From NCBI GenBank assembly GCA_963702025.1, contig OY969699.1:1472001-1536000 (forward strand): 64,000 nt of DNA, written 5' to 3'. A model generated the notes under the pieces. The model saw nothing but the letters and a program-made list of their open reading frames with translations. It was not told the DNA's origin and searched no databases. Every line of letters starts with the position of its first letter. Positions within the stretch are counted from its first letter, which is position 1. Shown one piece after another: positions 19,565 to 31,291 of this stretch. The DNA comes from an uncultured bacterium. GTDB lineage: Bacteria; Babelota; Babeliae; Babelales; Vermiphilaceae. A program made the position numbers and the translations under genes.

Positions 19565-20491
19565 ATGGGCTATGGACTGTTGTTTATAAGCTTTTTCTTT
19601 GTGCCGTCAATATTCCCGCGTGCAATTACGTTCGACTTAAACGGTGGCCGGTTTGGTGATAATCTGAGCACCTACTGCAAAGCAAAATATTATGCACGGC
19701 AACACAAGTTAAAATTATTGTATAAGCCATTTAAAGACTCTGATCAACTTACCTTGCATACCGCCGAAGCTCTTTATACACCGGAGTTGAAAAATTCTTT
19801 TGATAAAATTATTCGTGTAAAAACGGAAAAAGATATTACGGAAAATAAAGATGATAATGTTTTGTTTGTCAGTGATTTTTATTCACAAACGCCCGGATTA
19901 TATGATTATAGTTTCAGAAACAATGCATTTGCTGCAGAGCTAAAAAAAATGCTCACCCCTATCAAACCGTTGCCATCATTAGAAAAAAATGACAACTCGA
20001 TTACCGTTGCACTCCATGTACGCAAAGGGGGAGGCTTTGACAAACCATTGGCATCAGATCAAGAAAATGCGGATCCGAATATAGCATATGCGGATAAAAT
20101 TTGGCCGACAAAATTTCCGCCGGACAGCTATTACATTGAGCAGATAAAAACGATACGCAGATTAATCAACGCAGAAAAATCGATTATTATTCATCTTTTT
20201 ACCGACGATCCCAATCCGGCATCAATTGCACAAAAATATGCGCAGGCCCTTAACGATTCATCTATAACATTCACCTATCGCAACAACAGCAATAGCCATG
20301 ATCATACTATCGTTGAAGACTTTTATTACATTTCTCAGTGCGATTGTTTGATCCGTTCCAGTTCGCTCTTTGCCACAGCTGCGCAACTACTGGGCAATCA
20401 TACCATTATTATCTATCCGATCTACGGAGTATGGCAGGAAAACAAGGCGGTAATTAATCCGGTCGGTATTATTATGAGAACTTTTAACTAA
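19565..20491 (+). CDS. GT11-like (alpha-1,2-fucosyltransferase-like) glycosyltransferase
   Basis: GRFGDNL, ALHVRKG, FTDD, DF..ISQCD.LI.S.S.F motifs; paralog of 59110-60099. Confidence 0.65.
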   Translation: MGYGLLFISFFFVPSIFPRAITFDLNGGRFGDNLSTYCKAKYYARQHKLKLLYKPFKDSDQLTLHTAEALYTPELKNSFDKIIRVKTEKDITENKDDNVLFVSDFYSQTPGLYDYSFRNNAFAAELKKMLTPIKPLPSLEKNDNSITVALHVRKGGGFDKPLASDQENADPNIAYADKIWPTKFPPDSYYIEQIKTIRRLINAEKSIIIHLFTDDPNPASIAQKYAQALNDSSITFTYRNNSNSHDHTIVEDFYYISQCDCLIRSSSLFATAAQLLGNHTIIIYPIYGVWQENKAVINPVGIIMRTFN

Positions 20492-20919
20492 AAGTGCTCC
20501 GAATAGTGTTTGCCTTGCTGAATATATCCCCAGACTTTGCGATGCGCAGGAATAATATTGTCTGGAAGATTGTCAAACTCTATCCAACGAAATTCCTCAT
20601 GCTTTTCTGGTTCTTTGTTAATTAGATCGCCTTGCCATTTTTTGCATTGAAAGACAAATGCAACCAATTCATCATCTGCGCCTTTACGATAAAAAGTATG
20701 TACAAACGCAAGATCATCTTCTTGAATTATAATACCTAATTCTTCTTTCACTTCACGCGCAACCGCTTGTCTAAATGTCTCATTTTGCTCAACACGGCCG
20801 CCAGGCAAAGAATAGGCGCCCGGCGCAAACTTACTCATGGTACTGCGTTTAAGCATTAAGACTGAATCCCCCCGAACCAACATAACTAATGCATATGCCA
20901 CTAAAGCATGAGAAGACAT
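20488..20919 (-). CDS. NUDIX hydrolase
   Basis: GGRVEQNETFRQAVAREVKEELGI; N.EP.KH motif shared with the 1609 gene. Confidence 0.9.
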   Translation of the reverse strand: MSSHALVAYALVMLVRGDSVLMLKRSTMSKFAPGAYSLPGGRVEQNETFRQAVAREVKEELGIIIQEDDLAFVHTFYRKGADDELVAFVFQCKKWQGDLINKEPEKHEEFRWIEFDNLPDNIIPAHRKVWGYIQQGKHYSEHF

Positions 20920-20953
20920 TTTTGCTCCTTTTATATCGACAAGATCACTTCAA

Positions 20954-21331
20954 CTAAACAAGTATCTGACAAACTTGGAATTTATTACCATCCCCATCAG
21001 TAAAAAATAACATTTTTACATGACCGGGCACTTCAACGATATCACCAAGCAGAGTAACGCCTTGTTTTTCAAACAATGCTTTAACCGCAACAATATCATC
21101 AACGGTAAAGGTAAGAATTGCATTTTCACCCGGCTTCACTTCTTTGCCGTACTGCGGATTATATTGTCCGACGCCCAAGGTACACCCGCCATCTTTTGCC
21201 GCAAGCTCGAGCCAGCCATATTCGGGTGTTTCAGTGCGAAGTTCAAGACCCACCACTTCGGTAAAAAATTTTTTTGCCTTGTTAATATCTGATACGGTGA
21301 TCCATGCAAGATCGGAACGTTTTGCGATCAT
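20954..21331 (-). CDS. VOC/glyoxalase family protein
   Basis: ITVSDINKAKKFF..VVGL, FTVDDI, FTDGDGN. Confidence 0.88.
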   Translation of the reverse strand: MIAKRSDLAWITVSDINKAKKFFTEVVGLELRTETPEYGWLELAAKDGGCTLGVGQYNPQYGKEVKPGENAILTFTVDDIVAVKALFEKQGVTLLGDIVEVPGHVKMLFFTDGDGNKFQVCQILV

Positions 21332-21382
21332 AAAATAACCTTTACAAGTAATGTATTAATAATGTTTAAAAAAATCTGCTCA

Positions 21383-22027
21383 TTACTCACTATCTTTAGG
21401 AAAATATGTCTCAACTATTTTTTTTGCCACTGCGCAAACTGATTTGAAGGCACTTGGCTTAGCTTGCTCTCTGGCAATTGCAGCTTTAGCAATCGCAGCT
21501 TTTTTTTCATTTGCTAGGTTATGCAGAGTCTCTAAAAAATGAGCCATTTCAGCTGTTGTCTGCGCAGGAGAATATCCTACTTCTTTGCATAAATGTTCGG
21601 AATGGTAATTTGGTTGCCAAAATTGGCAATCGCCAACGGCGCGCGTCCAATCATTATCAGAAGTATGACATTTTGCATAAGAAACTGATTTTTCAAAAAC
21701 TTCAGGAGAAGCATCACCATTTTTTATTCGCTCATTTGCATCTTTTGATTCCATCTCAGTTGCCGCATATTTAGCGCACCATAAAAATTCTTTCATTCTT
21801 TTGCAATGATAATCCACGCTTTCATTCTTAAAAATTAAATTCGTACATGCTTCACGTATTAGCGAACTTTGATTAAGAAAATGCATTTCATTCTCTGTAA
21901 ACTCGTGATTTTCTTCGTTTTTCATTTGTTCAGATTGCATCGGATGTAGAGAACATGCGCTCAGCAAACAAAGACTAAATAATAAATTTTTTTTGCAGCT
22001 ATTGGCAAACTTAAGAGCAGCGATCAT
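21383..22027 (-). CDS. Hypothetical secreted protein
   Basis: ATG at 22027 with GAAGG upstream; signal-like segment ending LHP-MQ. Confidence 0.55.
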   Translation of the reverse strand: MIAALKFANSCKKNLLFSLCLLSACSLHPMQSEQMKNEENHEFTENEMHFLNQSSLIREACTNLIFKNESVDYHCKRMKEFLWCAKYAATEMESKDANERIKNGDASPEVFEKSVSYAKCHTSDNDWTRAVGDCQFWQPNYHSEHLCKEVGYSPAQTTAEMAHFLETLHNLANEKKAAIAKAAIAREQAKPSAFKSVCAVAKKIVETYFPKDSE

Positions 22028-22085
22028 ACAAAACCCTTCATATATATAAAAAATTACAGCTCTTCTCAATAACAAAAAAACCATC

Positions 22086-22121
22086 AAAAAAAAAGCCTCG
22101 AAATTAATCGAGGCTTTTTTT
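22086..22121 (-). terminator. rrn operon intrinsic terminator
   Basis: A9-GCCTCGA-AATTAA-TCGAGGC-T7 immediately after 5S. Confidence 0.85.
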
Positions 22122-22122
22122 A

Positions 22123-22238
22123 ACCTGGCAGTACCTACATTTCCAGTCCGTTACCAGACAAGTATTCTCAGCGCTACAGACTTAACTGCCGTATTCGGGA
22201 TGGGAACGGGTGTTTCCCTGTAGCTATACCCACCAGAA
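22123..22238 (-). rRNA. rrf: 5S rRNA
   Basis: Reverse complement contains GAAACACCCGTTCCCATCCCGAATACGGCAGTTAAG; ends approximate. Confidence 0.95.
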
Positions 22239-22758
22239 ATTTTTCAATATTTGTCTCTTGTGTTCTTTGGTAATTTTTTAAATTCCATTTTTTTAAGATT
22301 AATGTGCGATTCACGCATGAACCACAGCTTATCTTATATTTTGTTAAGACAAAGGTAATGTAAATTAAGTACTCAAACTGAATAACCAAAAATTTAATGT
22401 GATAAAAACATTCGATCTATTAGTACTGGTTAGCTGAACACCTTACGGTGCTTACACATCCAGCCTATCAACCTTGTAGTCTTCAAGGGATCTTAATGTA
22501 TTGGCTTACGCCAATACGGGGTATCTTATCTTGGAGCGAGTTTCCCACTTAGATGCTTTCAGCGGTTATCTCTAATAAGCTTAGCTACCCAGCGTTGCTC
22601 TTGGGGAACAACTGGAACACCAGAGGCTTACTCATCCCGGTCCTCTCGTACTAGGGACAACCCTCCTCAAATACCCTGCGCCCACGGAGGATAAGGACCG
22701 AACTGTCTTACGACGTTCTGAACCCAGATCACGTTCCACTTTAATTGGCGAACAGCCA

Positions 22759-22792
<34 letters not shown>

Positions 22793-22844
22793 AGATCCGA
22801 CATCGAGGTGCCAAACCTCCTCGTCGATATGGACTCTTAGAGGA

Positions 22845-22881
<37 letters not shown>

Positions 22882-23388
22882 TAGCAATGGCCCTTCCATG
22901 CGGGACCACTGGATCACTAAGTCCTGCTTTCGCATCTGCTCGACTTGTTTGTCTTACAGTTAAGCTCTCTTATGCCTTTACACTCGACAGACGATTTCTA
23001 TTCGTCATGAGAGAACCTTTGAACGCCTCCGTTACATTTTAGGAGGCGACCACCCCAGTCAAACTACCCACCAGACACTGTTTTTCGCCCGGATTACGGG
23101 ACGAAGTTAGATCTTCGAACAAATAAGGGCGGTATTTCAACGTTGACTCCATCGCAGCTAGCGCCACAACTTCACAGTCTCCCGCCTATCCTACACAAAC
23201 CAATCCAAAAATCAATGTCAAGCTATAGTAAAGGTGCACGGGGTCTTTCCGTCCTTCCGCGGGTAACCGGCATTTTCACCGGTACTACAAATTCACTGAG
23301 TTTATCATCAAGACAGTGCCCAACTCGTTACGCCATTCATGCGGGTCAGAACTTACCTGACAAGGGACTTCGCTACCTTAGGACCGTT

Positions 23389-24134
23389 CATATTGTTAAC
23401 TCTTAAAAGTTAAGAGCTGTAAAGCCGAATGACTTTGGTGCTTTACACTCTATGTCGCCATAGAGATCGGACTATATCATCTCAATTGCTTGAGTCTGGC
23501 GTATAGTCTCTGAGGATTCTTCAATTTGATCAGCTTAAAGTTGCAAGAATTTCTTTATCGCTAAATTTTCTCTTGCCACCATAATTCATCTGATTTCTCA
23601 GATTCAAGATCAACTTAATACTTTCTTCAGAAATCGGCTTTTCGCATAAAATAATTTCTAAAATTTCACAAAATTTTGAAAAATCATTTTTCTTTTTATC
23701 TGATAAGAAAGGAAATCGCTTAAAAAAGGGCACAACATTATTAACTAAATGTTCAAGATTGTTAACCTCATAATACCAAACATTATCAGGCCTCGCTCTT
23801 AATGTGCCGCATTTTAAATACTCCTTGAATATCCGAAGAATTGCTATGTCTTTGTTTGAAACATTAAAGCAGGCAGAAACTTTCCATCCGCTTTTATAAT
23901 CACTTCTTCTTCTAAACGAGAAGTTAAAACTTCCTTCGCCATCAGTAAAACCAGCGATGTAGTAACCAATTTCTATCGGTATCATATTAGGATTGAACTG
24001 CATCAAATTAAAGCCTTTCCTGCTGATTGTCTCCACCTGCACATTGTCACTTACTATAAGTATAGCAAGTAGCACAGGATACACGAGATGTTCCAGCATA
24101 TAGCCAGATTTTACAACTACAATGGTCCAATATC
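23389..24134 (-). ncRNA. Group I intron in 23S rRNA at E. coli position 1917
   Basis: Splits GTAACTAT|AACGGTCC; P1 AACUAU/GUAGUU with U.G at the 5' splice site; core P (UAUGCUGGAA), Q (AAUCAGCAGG), R (UCAGAGACUA), S (GAUAUAGUCC); terminal G. Confidence 0.95.
23530..24003 (-). CDS. Single-motif LAGLIDADG homing endonuclease (intron-encoded)
   Basis: YIAGFTDGEGSF motif; lies between intron elements Q and R; GGAAAGG upstream of ATG at 24003. Confidence 0.93.
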   Translation of the reverse strand: MQFNPNMIPIEIGYYIAGFTDGEGSFNFSFRRRSDYKSGWKVSACFNVSNKDIAILRIFKEYLKCGTLRARPDNVWYYEVNNLEHLVNNVVPFFKRFPFLSDKKKNDFSKFCEILEIILCEKPISEESIKLILNLRNQMNYGGKRKFSDKEILATLS

Positions 24135-24339
24135 ATAGTTACGGCCGCCGTTTACCGGGGCTTCAATTCAAAGCTTTGCCTTACGGCTGACTTCTCCTAT
24201 TGACCTTCCGGCACTGGGCAGGCGTCAGACTCTATACTTCCTCTTACGAGTTTGCAGAGCCCTGTGTTTTTGTTAAACAGTCGGTTGGGCCTCTTTGTTG
24301 AAACCTAACAATGCTTTTAAAGTAAACTTTATAACATTA

Positions 24340-24386
<47 letters not shown>

Positions 24387-24960
24387 TAATGATAATTATC
24401 TCAACGCCTGAGCATACTCTGCTCATCTACCTGTGTCAGTTTGCGGTACGATCATTCAATAACTTGCTAGAAGCTTTTCTAGTCAGTGTGGGATCGATTA
24501 AATACATCTTTTACAAAGAATTGATGTACCCATCACGCTTCAAGGATAGCAGTCCTGCGGATTTGCCTACAGAACTCCTCTTTGCGCTTAGCTTAACTTC
24601 CAATCATCAAGTTAACCTACCCTACTGCGTCACTTCTTCACTCAAACGTTATTAAACGGTGCAGGAATATTTAGCCTGCTTTCCATCACCTACTCCAATT
24701 GGCCTCGGCTTAGGTATCGACTAACCCTGAGTGGATAAACCGTTCTCACGGAAACCTTAGATTTTCGGCGAACAGGAATTTCACCTGTTTTTTCGTTACT
24801 TATACCAACATACTCACTTCTGTAACCTCATAATCTGTCCTCGCGGTCAGACTTGTATCTATTACAGAACGCTCCCCTACCCCTGCAAAAAACGCGAAGT
24901 TTAATGCAAGCCATAGCTTCGGTAATTCATTTAAGCCCCGTTCGTTCTTCAGCGCAAAAA

Positions 24961-25023
<63 letters not shown>

Positions 25024-25593
25024 TTGTCTGTGTATTTTCACCTCTTTTACCACTTAATGAATATTTAAGGACCTTAGCTGATGGTCTGGGCTGTTTCCCT
25101 CTCGACTATGAAGCTTATCCCCCACAGTCTGACTCCTGTTTTCTAACGTTTCAGCATTCAGAGTTAGTAAAAATCCGGTAAACTTACGTCCCCAAAATTT
25201 CAACTGTGCTTTACCGCCAAAACGGATTCAACAGGGCTATACCTAAATATATTTCGGGGAGAACCAGCTATTTCCCAGTTTGATTGGCCTTTCACCCCTA
25301 TCCACACCTCATCCGAGCAGTTTTCAACCCACACCGGTTCGGGCCTCCATCTCATGTTACTGAGATTTCACCCTGGACATGGATAGCTCACTAGGTTTCG
25401 GGTCTACCCCACGTTACTAAACGCCCTATTCAGACTCGCTTTCGCTACGGCTCCGTTCTTTCTAAACTTAACCTTGCAACGTATGGTAACTCGTTGGCTC
25501 ATTATGCAAAAGGTACGTGGTTGCGCATACGTATATATCGCTTCCACCGCTTGTAGACATTTGGTTTCAGTTTCTATTTCACTCCCCTTCCGG

Positions 25594-25625
<32 letters not shown>

Positions 25626-26332
25626 GCACTATCGGTCATCAAGAAGTATTTAGCCTTACCCAATGGTCTGGGCAGATTCACACGGAATTTCACGTGCTCC
25701 ATGTTACTCGGGTGTATAAGTTATTGGTTTGTATATCGATTCGCGTACAAGGCTGTCACTTTCTATGGCTGTCCTTTCCAGAACAATTCAGCTTTGATAT
25801 ACTACACAACGCAAAAACTGCATTCTTTGCACACTTATATCCCACAACCCTTAAATCACAACGCATACAGGCTTTAACATGATTTAAGTTTAGGCTCTTT
25901 CCCTTTCGCTCACCACTACTGAGGAAATCACGTTGTTTTCTTTTCCTGGCACTACTTAGATGTTTCAGTTCATGCCGTTCGCCTTTTTACCTTATGTATT
26001 CAGATAAAAATACCCTGATTTTTTCAGGGTGGATTTCTCCATTCGGACACCTTCGGATCAATGCTTGATTGACAGCTCCCCGAAGCTTTTGGCAGCCTTC
26101 CGCCTCCTTCATCGCCTCTTGATGCCAAGGCATCCACCAAATGCCCTTTAAAATTAATCACAAATTTGCTGGTTACCCATTTAGCTTGAGTACTTAATTT
26201 ACATAAATTTCAAAGAACACAAGAAATTTTTTATTACTACTCGTAAATTTATTTATGAATTATATTTTACATGAAAAAAACAAACTGTCAATTTTTTCTC
26301 ATCGCTTGTGCGTAGAAAAATGGGTTTTAAAT

Positions 26333-26408
26333 TGGTGGAGGCAAGCGGATTCGAACCGCTGACCTTCCGCGTGCAAAACGGACGCTCTACCAACTGAGCT
26401 ATGCCCCC
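26333..26408 (-). tRNA. tRNA-Ala(TGC)
   Basis: GGGGGCATAGCTCAG...TTTGCAC...TTCGAATCC...CCA, with G3.U70. Confidence 0.97.
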
Positions 26409-26446
26409 GCATTCTTTCTGTCGCCCATGAGTCAAAGCACCAAAAT

Positions 26447-26523
26447 TGGTGGGCCTAAGTCGACTCGAACGACTGACCTCCCCGTTATCAGCGGGGTGCT
26501 CTAACCACCTGAGCTACAGGCCC
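26447..26523 (-). tRNA. tRNA-Ile(GAT)
   Basis: GGGCCTGTAGCTCAG...CTGATAA...TTCGAGTC...CCA. Confidence 0.97.
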
Positions 26524-26609
26524 AGAATTTAGAGCCCTACCAGCTCTATAAAAGTCCAAAACACACCTATGTTTAAAGAATCAATAAGATTCTTTAAGGT
26601 ATCTCCCTC

Positions 26610-28155
<1,546 letters not shown>

Positions 28156-28271
28156 AAAATATATAAAGAGTTTTGGATTCTCTCATTAGAACTGGTAGGT
28201 AATTTGTTTTCCATGTATTTCAAAGAATTTTCTTAATTTTTGCTCGATGTTTTATCGAAGATTCAGGTAAA

Positions 28272-28299
28272 ATTATACAAGCATTCGCAAGAGAGTCAA
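28272..28299 (-). promoter_or_regulatory. rrn promoter
   Basis: Minus strand TTGACT-16 nt-TATAAT with A/T tracts upstream. Confidence 0.75.
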
Positions 28300-28779
28300 C
28301 ACTTTTTTAAAAATATTTTAAAGTTTTTTTAAGTTGCCCTTAAAAGCCGAATTCATTTTAAATGAAAAAATGAATTTTATATTTTCGAATACATCGATTC
28401 AAACGTGGTTCTATTAAGCTTATAGTAAAATTAGTAAAAATGAAACTTCTGCCTTTTTATAAAAAGAGAACTTAAAGAAATGGGCATCAATTTCTACTTA
28501 TCTACAAAAAAAATGGTTTTATGGCTCGCACTGGTGAACGGTTTTTTCATATATATAATGGTAAGATTTCCTCGCGCCCGCCAAAAATACACTTTTCACC
28601 TTCTGCGTTCACGCCCGCTTGAGACCTAATTTAGTAGTTATGAAACCTTTTTCACCCTATCTCAGCAATTACTCAGGGGTGAGAACATCTCAAAACTAAT
28701 CTTTTGACAAAAATACAAAATGGATTAATATAATATTATTGTATTTGTAATTTTTAAATTGTCAAGTAAGGAATAAATC

Positions 28780-29988
28780 ATGAATAATCCTGCCTATATC
28801 ATACTCAGTCTTTTATCTTTCAGAGCTGCAATAGCTATGGAACTTCCTGATACAAAACTCAACAAAATCAGGAATCTTTTAGAAAACAATGCCTCGGAAG
28901 AGAAAAATGCACAATTTTTAGGCGAGAATTTTGGTTACCATCCTAAATTTGAAATAGTAAATGATGGCCTGAGCAGCCCCGAAGTGGAAACTATAACAAT
29001 TGCTCCTCATGGATATGGCGGCGATAAGAACCAGTTTGGAAGTAACTTTAATTATCAGGGGCATCGCATAATTTTTAATTTTAAAGATGCTAATCAAGGA
29101 GAAGGCCCAGGCTTAGCAAATACTAGTTTTGGGCAACTTTCAGAAATTAAACCATTTTTATATGCAATGTTAATGGCCACGCAAGCAGGATACAAAAAAG
29201 TTGACTGTATTGGCTATTCCCGTGGTGGCGCTGTAGTAATTAATGCAATTGGGTTACTCAATAACGATAATATTTTTACTGAAGCTAACAACACACAAAA
29301 AGAATTGGAATGCATCGGCATAAACAATGACAATCGAAAAGAGTTACTGAAATTGATTCAAGATGGCAAACTTATACTCATCTGCCCAATGTTAGAGTTA
29401 ACTACCGCAGTACAGGCAATAATTAAGACCGGGGCTAAGATAACCACTGATGCCATAATAGCATCAAGCCCAGTGCAATCATCACTTGAATCTCAGTATA
29501 TTCAACTGCCAACAAGGATGGCACAAGGCATATGGTATTATGTACCGGATTTCCTCAAAAATCTGTCGAAACTATCGTTCAATCTCGGTGCAAATGTTTC
29601 TTCAATCGGCGCAGACATTTCTGCACATGAAACAGCGGTATCCGCATCCGACGTGGCGCTGCCATTTATATCCCAATACAGACCATGGAGCTTTGCACCC
29701 ATGAAGTCAATCGAAAACTTTAAAGGATTAAAACTTGCCACATTAATCCATTTCGGAACCCATGACCCGGTTGTTGGCAACGCGCATGATAAAGAGTTTT
29801 TTAAGAGACTAAAAGGCATGAACCCAGAGACAACCTATGTACACAGAAGCGATAATGGTCACAATATGGGTAGAGAATTCTATGAGCTCATGGCTCTCTT
29901 TAATGCACGCCATGGTGCACAATCAAATTACCTTGGGGATACGTCCAAACTTGATGAATATAAAGATTGGAAAGATCTGACCAAATAA
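28780..29988 (+). CDS. Secreted alpha/beta hydrolase
   Basis: HGYGG oxyanion loop, GYSRGG nucleophile elbow, GTHDPVV Asp, GHN His; signal peptide (..AIA-ME). Confidence 0.75.
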   Translation: MNNPAYIILSLLSFRAAIAMELPDTKLNKIRNLLENNASEEKNAQFLGENFGYHPKFEIVNDGLSSPEVETITIAPHGYGGDKNQFGSNFNYQGHRIIFNFKDANQGEGPGLANTSFGQLSEIKPFLYAMLMATQAGYKKVDCIGYSRGGAVVINAIGLLNNDNIFTEANNTQKELECIGINNDNRKELLKLIQDGKLILICPMLELTTAVQAIIKTGAKITTDAIIASSPVQSSLESQYIQLPTRMAQGIWYYVPDFLKNLSKLSFNLGANVSSIGADISAHETAVSASDVALPFISQYRPWSFAPMKSIENFKGLKLATLIHFGTHDPVVGNAHDKEFFKRLKGMNPETTYVHRSDNGHNMGREFYELMALFNARHGAQSNYLGDTSKLDEYKDWKDLTK

Positions 29989-30015
29989 TACTATCATCGC
30001 TTGCAATCTTAAATT

Positions 30016-30053
30016 ATGGCCACATTAGGTATATTCCTTGTGGCCATCTTTTT
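30016..30053 (+). terminator. Intrinsic terminator
   Basis: ATGGCCACA..TGTGGCCAT stem followed by CTTTTT. Confidence 0.65.
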
Positions 30054-30121
30054 GCACATAGTTTCAAATAAGTAAAAAAAAATGAGTATACTACAATAAT
30101 AAATAACTCAAGGAATTTTAT

Positions 30122-31213
30122 ATGTTATTTGATGAACTACAAGAACAACTCAAAGCATTACTACCCGACATTGCCATAATAAAAAATTATTGGGAAAGCA
30201 GCTCGCTCGAAAAACGTTTTGAACAATTAGAGCAAGAAACGGTGCAAGAAGCTTTTTGGAAAAATCCAAAACAGGCAGATCTTTTAAAAGAGCTGCAACA
30301 GATTAAACAAATACGGGAAAACTATTTATATATCATCCGATCGAGCAACGATATTCCTGAATTACTACAATTATTTGCCAGTGATGAAAATGAACTGAAA
30401 AAATTGAGCGGCGATATACGCGCTCTTGCAAAAGCAGTCGCAGCCTTTAAAATAAATATTCTTTTGGGAAAATCTGAAGATGCTTCCGATGCATTTTTGA
30501 CCATTAATGCGGGAGCAGGCGGTACTGAATCGCAAGACTGGGCAGAAATGTTACTTCGCATGTACGTTCGTTTTTGTGAACGGCAAGGCTTTAAGGTTTC
30601 TATTCTTGATTACCAAGCCGGCGAAGGTGCCGGTATCAAATCTGCCACCTTATTTATACAAGGTAAAAACGTCTACGGTTTACTCAAAAGCGAAAACGGC
30701 ATCCATCGCCTCGTGCGAATATCACCCTTCGACGCCAATAAACGGCGACACACTTCATTCTCTGCTGTCTCGGTAACGCCAGAAGTGCCTGAACAAGAAA
30801 TTGTTATCGATCCCAGTGATTTGCGTATTGATACCTATCGTTCAGGTGGGGCTGGCGGCCAGCATGTTAATAAAACAGAATCTGCAATACGTATTACGCA
30901 TATTCCAACCAACACCGTGGTACAGTGCCAAATCGAGCGTTCTCAAGCACAGAATAAAGAAACTGCCATGAAAATGCTTAAAGCAAAATTGGTACAGAAA
31001 CAAAAAGAAGAACAAGAGGCAAAACAAGCATCAGTTGAAAAGAAAAAAATTGAATGGGGATCACAAATTCGCTCATATGTCTTACATCCGTATAAAATGG
31101 TTAAGGATCATCGCACTGATTTTGAGTCACCACAACCGGAATTGGTCCTCGATGGTGATATTATGGATTTTATTGAAAATTATTTGATATGGGCAGCAAA
31201 AGAGAATGCGTAA
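30122..31213 (+). CDS. prfB: Peptide chain release factor 2 (single uninterrupted ORF)
   Basis: SPF anticodon-mimic tripeptide, GGQ motif, WGSQIRSY. Confidence 0.96.
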   Translation: MLFDELQEQLKALLPDIAIIKNYWESSSLEKRFEQLEQETVQEAFWKNPKQADLLKELQQIKQIRENYLYIIRSSNDIPELLQLFASDENELKKLSGDIRALAKAVAAFKINILLGKSEDASDAFLTINAGAGGTESQDWAEMLLRMYVRFCERQGFKVSILDYQAGEGAGIKSATLFIQGKNVYGLLKSENGIHRLVRISPFDANKRRHTSFSAVSVTPEVPEQEIVIDPSDLRIDTYRSGGAGGQHVNKTESAIRITHIPTNTVVQCQIERSQAQNKETAMKMLKAKLVQKQKEEQEAKQASVEKKKIEWGSQIRSYVLHPYKMVKDHRTDFESPQPELVLDGDIMDFIENYLIWAAKENA

Positions 31214-31291
31214 CAAAATAATCATAGTATATTCTTGGATGTAATTTTTGTTATTCTAAAAAAATAATCCTACTTTACGCATGAGAGTTCA

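Noticed and set aside
24004..24099. N-terminal extension of the homing endonuclease in the ORF track
   Set aside because: Overlaps intron core elements P and Q; ATG 24003 has an SD-like sequence and gives a typical single-motif size
28600..28700. Hairpin TTTTCACCCT..AGGGGTGAGAA between the rrn promoter and the hydrolase gene
   Set aside because: Single imperfect stem with no recognisable ncRNA family motif; insufficient support
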